From Patescibacteria group bacterium (GTDB lineage: Bacteria; Patescibacteriota; Patescibacteriia; S139-126; S139-133), in the NCBI GenBank assembly GCA_049604715.1, contig JBMYTV010000006.1, positions 1 to 63,284 of the forward strand: 63,284 bases of DNA, given 5' to 3'. Shown one piece after another: positions 8,725 to 17,300 of the stretch. The position numbers and the translations under genes are program-made. The notes below the pieces were generated by a model. That model was not told where the DNA came from and ran no database searches. It saw only the letters and a list, made by a program, of their open reading frames with translations. Every line of letters starts with the position of its first letter. Positions within the stretch are counted from its first letter, which is position 1.

Positions 8725-8905
8725 AAAAAACGACCTTGCGTGAGTAGCTGGTCGTAAAACACAAAGCCCCACGCCAGCTGGATCTTGCGATCCCATACCA
8801 GTTTCCCGATATGACCCAACGAAGAGTCGCTGAACGTGAGGTTCAGTATCTTCGTTGGGTTTTAATACCATACCCATAGACACAAAATCTATGGGGTTAG
8901 GTATA
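8725..8905 (-). ncRNA. structured 5' leader or small RNA with an intrinsic terminator (riboswitch-like, unclassified)
   Basis: Read on the minus strand: a hairpin at 8866-8904; a long hairpin at 8815-8859 enclosing an inner hairpin at 8830-8846; a GGATC-GCAA-GATCC GNRA hairpin at 8780-8793; and a terminator stem at 8731-8754 followed by U6 (plus-strand A-run 8725-8730), ~45 nt upstream of the ATG at 8679. The segment AGCUGGCGU can alternatively pair with the terminator 5' arm ACGACCAGCU. Confidence 0.4.
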
Positions 8906-8984
8906 CCTCAATTGTCAATGACATTTTAGCTCTTATAGACCTAAAAGTCCAGTATATCCTAGTATATTTCACTGATTCTGCGAA

Positions 8985-9012
8985 GCTCGAGTTACCAACA
9001 ACTTACCGACAA
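8985..9012. repeat. copy B of the three-copy intergenic element
   Basis: gctcgaGTTACCAACAACTTACCGACAA. See copies A and C. Confidence 0.6.
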
Positions 9013-9062
9013 TAAAGACCAGGCTAGTGCCTGGTCTTTGTAAGCATAACATCAACCTAACT

Positions 9063-9878
9063 TTAGCGAGGATACTTAAAGTCTTTTGTTGAAGTAGCAG
9101 GGTCTTCAAAAATACGATGCTCGATGCCGTAATCGCCTATTGAGTTATTTCTATCTATTCTAGAATTTATATCTTCTATATTATCACGTTCATAAAAAGT
9201 TATCGGTATCAACAAATGTATTGTGTTTTCATTAATTAACTCTATTATGAGAGGATGATCGCCATACTTTACTTCATCCAACAATTTACCTTTATTGCTA
9301 TAGAGAGATAAAACTTTATGACCTGAATTAAATGAAGTAGGCGGTTCTTCGTCAAAGACTCTAAAAACTCGATCTTGATGGATTACTTCTTGCAACTGCT
9401 CTCTATCTAGATTTCCGTACAATAAGTAGTCACCTGCCTTAATCAAGGCAACCGTAGTTACTACTACAATTCCAACCACGATACCTGTAATTATTATTTT
9501 ACTTTTAATCTTACTACCTAGTTTTTTAACTGATAGCACATCAATAAAATAAGCAGTCCATATACCAATGACATTGGCGAACATATCAAGAAATGAGAAT
9601 GCGCGTATGGAAGACATGAGTTGAGTAAACTCTTCAATTATTGCCAATCCGGTAACCAGCAAAGGAGCTGCTGGGACTCTTGCAAAGTGTTTCCTATTGA
9701 GAGATCTATGGAGTAAATATGAGAGAATCCCCAACAAAACAAAGTGTCCTATAAAATCATAGAAAGGGATATATGCAATTTCGGTGGGAATAAATCCCAA
9801 GTAAGCTCCAGCTATAATAGCGGCCAATATTACAAGGTGCAAAAGCAATAATATTATCCAATACCTCTTACTATCCAT
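9063..9878 (-). CDS. multi-pass membrane protein (VanZ-like N-terminal region) with a C-terminal soluble domain
   Basis: Four predicted TM helices. A FIGHFVLLG...DMFANVIGIW pattern is reminiscent of VanZ-like proteins (weak, by eye). Confidence 0.4.
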   Translation of the reverse strand: MDSKRYWIILLLLHLVILAAIIAGAYLGFIPTEIAYIPFYDFIGHFVLLGILSYLLHRSLNRKHFARVPAAPLLVTGLAIIEEFTQLMSSIRAFSFLDMFANVIGIWTAYFIDVLSVKKLGSKIKSKIIITGIVVGIVVVTTVALIKAGDYLLYGNLDREQLQEVIHQDRVFRVFDEEPPTSFNSGHKVLSLYSNKGKLLDEVKYGDHPLIIELINENTIHLLIPITFYERDNIEDINSRIDRNNSIGDYGIEHRIFEDPATSTKDFKYPR

Positions 9879-9893
9879 TAAGAAATTTGTTAG

Positions 9894-10490
9894 TTACGGC
9901 CTCTTGTACAGATACCAATTTGAATCACCTATTTTGGTAAGCTCCTCGAAGTTTTCTTCTAAATACTGGTTATTGACATTTTCAGAGATTGAACCATCAG
10001 TTACATATACCAATCCTTCTTTATCAGAAGAATATTCTGATTTGAACATTACAGCCCTTTCCTTCCCGTATTTAAAATTAATATCACCTTCAATGCATTT
10101 CACTGACTCAAAAGCATTAACAAAATCCATGTAGTAGTCAAACTCTTCATCTGTGAGATCAATCTTCAGCAAAAACTCATTGTAGTTAAGCTCCTCTCCT
10201 CCAGCAGGTGCGGGATTAGATTTTACCACTGAATCCTTGGAGCTAAAGAAGTAACCGCCTATCTTATAGTCACGATCATTAGTCTTACAAAATTCATACA
10301 ATGGCGTGTAATCATCAATATACTTTTCAGCTATATCGGTAAAAGTTATTTGATTTTCACTAAATGTATCAACTATATCAGTACTGACTTTCTCATTGGA
10401 AGTTTGATAGTAGAAAACTCCAACAACTACTAACACGATGACCAAAATGACTAATGGTATAATTTTTTTCTTATCCATAGATTTAATCAC
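9894..10490 (-). CDS. membrane-anchored candidate immunity protein for orphan toxin cassette 1
   Basis: Its start overlaps the toxin ORF stop by 8 nt (10483-10490). It has an N-terminal TM/signal anchor (IIPLVILVIVLVVVGVFYY). The function is inferred from position. Confidence 0.45.
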   Translation of the reverse strand: MIKSMDKKKIIPLVILVIVLVVVGVFYYQTSNEKVSTDIVDTFSENQITFTDIAEKYIDDYTPLYEFCKTNDRDYKIGGYFFSSKDSVVKSNPAPAGGEELNYNEFLLKIDLTDEEFDYYMDFVNAFESVKCIEGDINFKYGKERAVMFKSEYSSDKEGLVYVTDGSISENVNNQYLEENFEELTKIGDSNWYLYKRP

Positions 10491-11217
10491 TAAATAATTT
10501 TATAACTTTATTTGTCAGATACCATCCTGTGCTAGCCGTTTTCGATATGGTTTTCACTATTGGATTAGAGTAGGCAGTATTAATGATACCTCTTTCTAAA
10601 TTAAATGTCCTACCGTGGTTTCTTCTATAAGAGTTTATACCAGTATTGATATTTCTCGTATCCCGTGGATCATCGTAATTCGCTATTGGATTAAATGTCT
10701 CTGTCCCGCTATACAATTGAGCAAAACCAGCTCCGTCGGTTAAGACACTTCTTGAAAACCCAGCGGCGGAACCAGTGTAACCGAAATGCAAATTTCCAAA
10801 ACTTTCTGGTGTTTCAAGTTGCCCATCAAAGAAATAATATTCTCTTCCTCTATCCACAACATCTTCACTGTTCTTGAAATCCCAAGGTCCTCCTGACCTA
10901 ACGTTATTGGCAAAATCTATACTACTCATATGCTTAGCCTGTTCAGCGTTATGATTTATCATATTAATGTCATCTTGCTCGCGATATGTGATTTCCGTTC
11001 CATCACTTACTCCTCTTGAAGTTTCAACAACGCTTCCATTGTTAAATTCATATTTGTCTAAACCAAGTGGATCAACGTATTTTAGAGGGTTATTATTGAC
11101 GTAGCTGTAACTGTTTAAATTTTGAGGATCGGCTAAGTATCCTTGGAGCGAACTACCTGCGCCAATTTCTACAACTCCAGGAATACCCATACCTAAGTAT
11201 ACTGGATCCTGACTCAA
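10483..11217 (-). CDS. orphan 5'-truncated Rhs C-terminal cassette 1 (core end + toxin domain); homology extends to ~11304 without a start codon
   Basis: Translation upstream of the listed Met reads VWERKFTGHEYDGDTDLTYANARYYPAKTGRWLSQDPVYLG..., matching the Rhs core. It is followed by ...DPQNLNSYSYVNNNPLKYVDPLGL and a unique ~190-aa toxin domain (GGPWDFK...FGNLHFGYTG). Confidence 0.75.
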   Translation of the reverse strand: MSQDPVYLGMGIPGVVEIGAGSSLQGYLADPQNLNSYSYVNNNPLKYVDPLGLDKYEFNNGSVVETSRGVSDGTEITYREQDDINMINHNAEQAKHMSSIDFANNVRSGGPWDFKNSEDVVDRGREYYFFDGQLETPESFGNLHFGYTGSAAGFSRSVLTDGAGFAQLYSGTETFNPIANYDDPRDTRNINTGINSYRRNHGRTFNLERGIINTAYSNPIVKTISKTASTGWYLTNKVIKLFSD

Positions 11218-11344
11218 CCATCTACCAGTCTTGGCTGGGTAGTATCTAGCATTCGCATACGTCAGATCAGTATCCCCGTCATATTCATGACCCGTGAACT
11301 TACGCTCCCATACACCCGCTCTACTTTTGATGATATGAAAACAT

Positions 11345-12673
11345 TTAATTCTTAAGTGATTCTAAACGTTCAATCGCCATTTCTCTTATCAAAGATAAAT
11401 CATCAAAAGTATAGCAGCTTGGACTGAAGAAAAAGTGTTCATCAAATAACTTTTCAAGAATGCTATACACAACCGCATCTAATCCCATAAGTAAGCGTAA
11501 CTTTTCAGCATCTTCTTTACTATCATCAACAAGTTCGAGCATCTCATCATAATCGTAACCCCAATGTGTGGCTAATTTGTTTTGAGAGGTAAAATTATAA
11601 ATATGCATCCCTCTATCAACATCATCATTTTCATATTCACGTAATTCATCGATAGCAAGCTCTTTCTGGTCTCTAACAAAATCAATCAAAGCCTCGTATA
11701 ATGCAATCTTGAATTCGACTTTGTTAAATGTTGGATACGCAGAAAGAATATAATCCAATACAGCAATACTCTCCTCTAATGCATTTATCCTCCCTTGAAT
11801 AGGAGCTTTCAGTTGCTCTTGTTGTTTATTTTGAATTACCACTTGAGGTGTATTATCTTCTTCTTTTTTTTCTATACTTTCAATCCATGTCTCGATTAAG
11901 TTTTTCCACTGTGACCAATTGTGAGCTTCTTCAAGCCTAGGGCCTAGTTCGTTATCAATATCTTCAATAATTTGGCTATCGGAGTATTGCCAATTTTTTT
12001 TCAAAGCTGCTACATATTGACTCAACAAAATAGCACCACGTCTCGGATCGTAATAATTAAATGAAGACTTTGCTTTATTTTTTATAAAAGCGAGTTTTTG
12101 ATCTATGGGACTAAGATTGCGATTAAACAAGATACCCCCTAGCTTACCTAAAAAAGTTTCCACACTATCTTTATCAAGCACGTTATCATTTGAAAATCGA
12201 AGATAAGTATCCGCCGATATATCTACCGCATCCAACAATGAAGGAATATCGTATTTGCGTAGTAAGTTTTTTATAGTCATTTCTCCGTTTTCATTGATTC
12301 TAAAAGGCGTAATTTTATAATGAATATATTCTTTTATCATCTCAATCGTCTCCTCATCTAATTTGGAAAGTGATTTCTTCCAAGCAAACATAAGCTCAAT
12401 TTGCTCTCTTCTTTCTTGCAGGTCTTCCACTTGTCTTCTTTGTTTTTCAATAACGGAGTTGTCACTTAATTGATTATTGCTTTTCCCCAAATTACATTCT
12501 TGACAACTAGTAATCAAATTAATTATGTCATTATCACCACCCTTTGAAACTGGTTCTATATGATCGATATGTAACAAGATATCTGGTGACTTTCGTCCAC
12601 AATACTGACAAGTAAATTTATCACGCTTAAAAACCTCAAATCGTACCTTCTTGGATAATGCCTTTCTTTTCAT
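11345..12673 (-). CDS. HNH endonuclease domain protein with a large uncharacterised C-terminal region
   Basis: N-terminal HNH motif FKRDKFTCQYCGRKSPDILLHIDHIEPVSKGGDNDIINLITSCQECNLGKSN. The remaining ~370 aa have no motif I recognise. Confidence 0.8.
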   Translation of the reverse strand: MKRKALSKKVRFEVFKRDKFTCQYCGRKSPDILLHIDHIEPVSKGGDNDIINLITSCQECNLGKSNNQLSDNSVIEKQRRQVEDLQERREQIELMFAWKKSLSKLDEETIEMIKEYIHYKITPFRINENGEMTIKNLLRKYDIPSLLDAVDISADTYLRFSNDNVLDKDSVETFLGKLGGILFNRNLSPIDQKLAFIKNKAKSSFNYYDPRRGAILLSQYVAALKKNWQYSDSQIIEDIDNELGPRLEEAHNWSQWKNLIETWIESIEKKEEDNTPQVVIQNKQQEQLKAPIQGRINALEESIAVLDYILSAYPTFNKVEFKIALYEALIDFVRDQKELAIDELREYENDDVDRGMHIYNFTSQNKLATHWGYDYDEMLELVDDSKEDAEKLRLLMGLDAVVYSILEKLFDEHFFFSPSCYTFDDLSLIREMAIERLESLKN

Positions 12674-12707
12674 AAACTCATTCTATGAATCCATAGTATG
12701 TCTTTAA

Positions 12708-12747
12708 CGTATCACAGGCTCGTAAAAGTTACCAACAGTTATCAACT
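12708..12747. repeat. copy C of the three-copy intergenic element (most complete copy)
   Basis: cgtatcacaggctcgtaaaaGTTACCAACAGTTATCAACtt. It shares its left part with copy A and its middle/right part with copy B. Confidence 0.6.
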
Positions 12748-12961
12748 TGCGCTATGTTTGTAAGTCCGTCATCAATATGATTGAGGTAAGTTTATAGCGG
12801 TAAGGCCACAGACAATTAGTCTAGCCTTTATAGGTGAGATGAACAAAACAGTGGATAGAGTGTGGTAAGAACCGCCTTTCCTAAACTCAGTAGGAATACT
12901 GGGCATGGAAGAAAAATCCCAAGAGTACTCCGCATGAGCTTGCCTCGTAATAAGTTAATAG

Positions 12962-13696
12962 CTAATCAGACAAAATAAATCCTAGGAAAGTCTTTCCAAA
13001 GTCGGTAATTCCCTTAGTCTTGGCTTCTACGCCTGAACCAAAATTATCAGCACCTAATGTGTATAAAAGATTCTTATAGCCCAACTGAAGCAACAATTGA
13101 TTTGTCTCAGATTTACCTTGATAACCTGAAGAAATAGGTTGTAAACCAGAATTACGCAAAATATTATCTAATTCAGAGACATCAATAGTAATATTGCGCG
13201 CTTGTGGATTTGTAGAGTAATATTGTTCAACAACACCATCATCTTTCCAATAGCTCAGTAACTCTACTTCTCTCAAACTAATCGAATTCAATACTGTTAC
13301 AAGTCTAGTATGCTCATCAAACTCATGAAACTTACCGCTAGCCATATTGATTATATAGTTCTTTATGTACAGCCTTCTTTGCTCATTGCCTTCGTTTATG
13401 TAATCACCCAGCATTTTAAAAAATACTGCTTTGAATTTATCTGATTCTACAATCTCTGACAAAAATCTGTCTTGGTGCTTAATAAGTTCTTCAATCAAAT
13501 TTATCGCCTTACTGCCTGCATAATCACTGTAATAACCGAGAATGCCAGACATTGTACCTATTAATAAAGCAAAAGCAGGATTAATTAAAGCGAGTTGTTG
13601 CAAAGCTGCAGCTAAAGGCGGGGCAAAGTTCTTGACTATTCTAATACTTGGGTCAATAATTTTATGTATTTTTACTTTTTCGTCAGACATACTCAA
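12962..13696 (-). CDS. hypothetical protein co-transcribed with the Rhs immunity genes
   Basis: 244-aa ORF. Its start overlaps the upstream gene stop by 4 nt. No recognisable motifs. Confidence 0.5.
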   Translation of the reverse strand: MSMSDEKVKIHKIIDPSIRIVKNFAPPLAAALQQLALINPAFALLIGTMSGILGYYSDYAGSKAINLIEELIKHQDRFLSEIVESDKFKAVFFKMLGDYINEGNEQRRLYIKNYIINMASGKFHEFDEHTRLVTVLNSISLREVELLSYWKDDGVVEQYYSTNPQARNITIDVSELDNILRNSGLQPISSGYQGKSETNQLLLQLGYKNLLYTLGADNFGSGVEAKTKGITDFGKTFLGFILSD

Positions 13697-14010
13697 TTAT
13701 GTTTAAGATCCGCTTGAACTAAATCTTGTAATTCTAGCATCTTATTTAGATACTCCTTGATATATTCGATTTCCTTCTTCTCTTCATCATTTTTTGCTTC
13801 ATACCCCTGTAGTCGCTTATTGATGCAACTCAGATCTATGGGCTGAAAGTTCTTACGTACATGAGCCAGATGACCCGTTACATATCCTGCCAGGTTGCCA
13901 TCTTCCAATGCTAACTCAGCAGCTATGTCTAAATCAATTGGAACAGAAGGGAATTTGAGTTTTTTGAACTCTTCAAATTTATCTTTTAGTCTTATGCCTC
14001 TCTCAATCAT
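13693..14010 (-). CDS. small immunity-like protein (paralog 2)
   Basis: 105 aa, alignable with the 112-aa neighbour: (KFPSVPIDLDIAAEL...LQGYEAKNDEEKKEIEYIKEYLNKMLELQDLV) vs (KFPPEPEGLDVIAEL...LSGYQPKNEEDEQSFKQFSDYFEMIEDLNDLV). The two genes overlap by 8 nt. Confidence 0.55.
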   Translation of the reverse strand: MIERGIRLKDKFEEFKKLKFPSVPIDLDIAAELALEDGNLAGYVTGHLAHVRKNFQPIDLSCINKRLQGYEAKNDEEKKEIEYIKEYLNKMLELQDLVQADLKHN

Positions 14011-14341
14011 TAGTCCTTATTTTTAGTTGTGCAACCAAATCATTTAGATCTTCTATCATTTCAAAATAATCTGAAAATTGTTTGAAGCTCTGTTCATCCT
14101 CTTCATTCTTCGGTTGATAACCACTTAAGGCATCTCTTAAATAACTGTGGTAATGTAAATCTTTAACATCCTCAAGACGACCCTCTAATAGAGCCTGCAC
14201 ATTTGATATGATGCCATCGCTTGTAGTATCTAGCTCCGCTATCACATCTAGCCCTTCTGGCTCGGGTGGAAATTTTGATTGTGTAAATATTTGAAATTTT
14301 GCTTTTAAATCTTCAATGGATTTGCTTGATTTCATAAACAA
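14003..14341 (-). CDS. small immunity-like protein (paralog 1) directly downstream of the Rhs toxin
   Basis: 112 aa, starting 9 nt after the rhs stop codon, the canonical immunity position. Confidence 0.55.
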   Translation of the reverse strand: MFMKSSKSIEDLKAKFQIFTQSKFPPEPEGLDVIAELDTTSDGIISNVQALLEGRLEDVKDLHYHSYLRDALSGYQPKNEEDEQSFKQFSDYFEMIEDLNDLVAQLKIRTND

Positions 14342-14349
14342 GTTATTAA

Positions 14350-17300
14350 TTATTCTACGCTAAATGATCTGTCATCATTGATTGGACCATGAGAAACCTG
14401 CTTTCCGTCTGAATCGTAAATTCCATAGTAATTATTTTCTTTAACTCTTATTTTTAAACCTGTTTCACCATTATTCAGTAGATGCGGTCTGCCTTGATCC
14501 TTATATTTGCTATAGAAACTATTTCCATCTTGAGTATACTCAGATATAGTCCTACCGGCTCCATGCACCCTATGATGATATTTGATTGTCTCAGTAATAC
14601 TGTTTTTATTCACGTTTCGCCAACTACCCAATACCTGTTTTGGTGTCATTACTACACTTCTACCACCAGATACTACCATAGCGCCAAATCCTAAGCCAAT
14701 TTGACCGCCTCGCAAGCCTTGTTCGTAATCAGAAAGCTGTGAGAACTCAGAAGCAGTAATAGCATAGCCTTGAGCTGCTTCGGTAAATACTTTATTTGGA
14801 TCATTAGCCACATCACCAATAAAGCCTTTCCACTGATCTCCAAAATACGAAATTGAATCACCAATCTGTCTCAATGTTTGCACAGGATGAGCTACAGCCT
14901 GTACTGTTTGAACTACATTATCCCATGCAGTTTGAGCTCCTCCTTGCACAAAACCTGACCAAAACTCTCTTTCGGTAGTACCTGTAGGGTCTACGAAGTA
15001 TAATGGATTATTAAGTACATAAGAATAGCTATTCAGGGTCTGCGGATTGCTCAAATCTCTATTTAACACAATAACAGCTGGATCCTGTGACAAAAACCTT
15101 CCTGTAGCCCCAGGGTAATATCTAGCATTCATGTAGGTAAGTCCTGTATCACTATCATACATGTGCCCTGTAAACTTTCTCTGCTCATCAAAGTCAGTAT
15201 ACTGCTCATTAATACGCAAATCACCAAACGGATAGTAATCATGCTCTCCTACAATAGTCCCTGAGCTATCTGTCATGACACTACTACCACCAAGGTGGTC
15301 TGTGTGAATATAATACAATGTACTCGTACTATCAGTATACTCTACTGTTGCAATTAGTGCAGGTCCTGCATAAATATGCTTTGTCTTAGTTATTCCATCT
15401 GTATTATAGTACTGATTCACATACGTTGTGGTTGCGGTGTTAGAAACAAGTAATGCTCTTTGTCCTGCATGATCATACCCATAACTCGCAACTGTACTGG
15501 TTACCACACCTGGTGTATCAACAGCAAATCTAACCTTATCAACATACATTGTACTTGCTATATCGCTTACTACCGTCATACCCCCAATAGTACTAGTGCC
15601 TACATTAAACTCAGTTATAGGTATATCTAACTCATACCATGTATCAGCATCTAGCGCACCATCAGTATAATCACTAACCTCAATGTACCCTAGTGGCTGG
15701 TCATCGTCATCATACAACCTTACTTCTGGCTCTTGCCCTGCAGTTGAACCACCATGTATTGCTAGGCGCAACCTCTCCATATCATCGATATTAACACCGT
15801 CGTCCGTATGCATGTAGAGCCCCGCCCAAGCAGCATTGTATACAACTTTAATGGAATCATTTCCATCATACACTTCTTCAGATGAGTCGTATGTCACTGT
15901 ACTAGACCATGACCAATCCTCCCACCCTGAGGCTAAACTGTCATCATACACAAACAGTTCATCTGTACTAGTACTAGCAGACAAAGTACCCACTTCAACA
16001 AGTCTATTATCATAATCCCAAACAAAACTCTGTGTACCATCACTTGTCATATTGCCATTGTCATCATAAGTAATAGTCTGACCATTAATGCTTGTGGCAG
16101 CATGAGGATTTGCTTTACTCGTTCCTTGGTCCCCTTGGTATAAATAATTACCTATATCAGACTTATTGGTTATATTACCAAGCGCATTGTAGGTGTATGT
16201 ACGTGAATAATCTCCTGGACTGGTACTGGTAGCAAGCGTACTTGATGCTGAGGTAAGACGGTAAAGGTCATCGTATCCAAAATCTAATGTCTTATATGTT
16301 TGGGTATCTGATGTATCTACGATTTGTGTTATATTCCCAACATTATCGTAATCGTAGGATATATCCTGAATTGAGCTAACATTATTTCCATTACCTACTG
16401 TGCTAGTAGAATATGTAACGTAAACCGAATACTTCTTATTATCCAAACTAGGGCTACTCAATGGGTCAGGATAATTTGTTGTATACGTTTTGTATTTATA
16501 CAAACCTTGATTTGTTGCACCTGTATCATATTTAGGAGATATACTATCAGTTGTTTCAGATCCCCATATAGCTACAATATAGTCTGTATCAGTAATGTTG
16601 ACATTGCTATCTAAGTTAAGTGTTAGCCATTCATCACTTATTGAACTAGCCTCAGCCGTCTGTTCCTCAAAATCATATCCGCTTGTAGCATCATATAAAC
16701 CGTATTTAAAGTTCACACCACCAACTGTCAAATCTCCGTATACTGTAATACTCTCAGCAGTACCGCTTGCACCAGCAAACTTACTTCCTACTATTTTATC
16801 TCCAGCATACCCCCAACTACTTCCTATAGTGTCGTAACCAAAAGTCGGGTCCACAATCACGGGATAGGCTGCTTGCTCCAAAAACTTTTCTGGCACTGTA
16901 ACGCTCAATTTGTTTCTTGATTCATCTATACTAAGCTCTCCCCATGTCCAATCACCACCTGAATCTTTTATCTTGGGTCTGTAAATATGTAATACTTTTC
17001 CTGATTTATAGTTCTTTCCATTCAGTTTTGAATAGTCGCCACTATATTCACTCGAATACACAGCATATGAGCCCACTACATTTTCTGGTCGATACTCAAC
17101 TACCTTCCCTTCTTTATAGCATCGAGTTTCCGTACATCGTTCAAATTCGCTACTTTCTGCATACTGAACATCTAAAGCGGGTTGATAATAAAAATCTAGA
17201 TCGTGAGTGCTTATATTGAACTCAAATACATTAGTTTTTGGCTTCGTGCTTAATACAACATCAAGCTCAAAGGCACCGTCTGGATACTGATCAGTACCTT

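Noticed and set aside
8692-8883. 63-aa ORF on the minus strand in the gap upstream of gene 8104..8679
   Set aside because: It runs straight through a series of stable hairpins and an intrinsic terminator. It has odd composition and no RBS. The region is better explained as structured RNA.
12760-12961. Possible structured RNA (fragments resembling the RNase P 3' region 'GUAAGGCC...ACAGA') between the 244-aa gene and the HNH gene
   Set aside because: Only short local hairpins are present (e.g. GGAATACTGGG...TCCCAAGAGTACTCC). No conserved RNase P core elements and no terminator were found. The evidence is insufficient to call an RNA.
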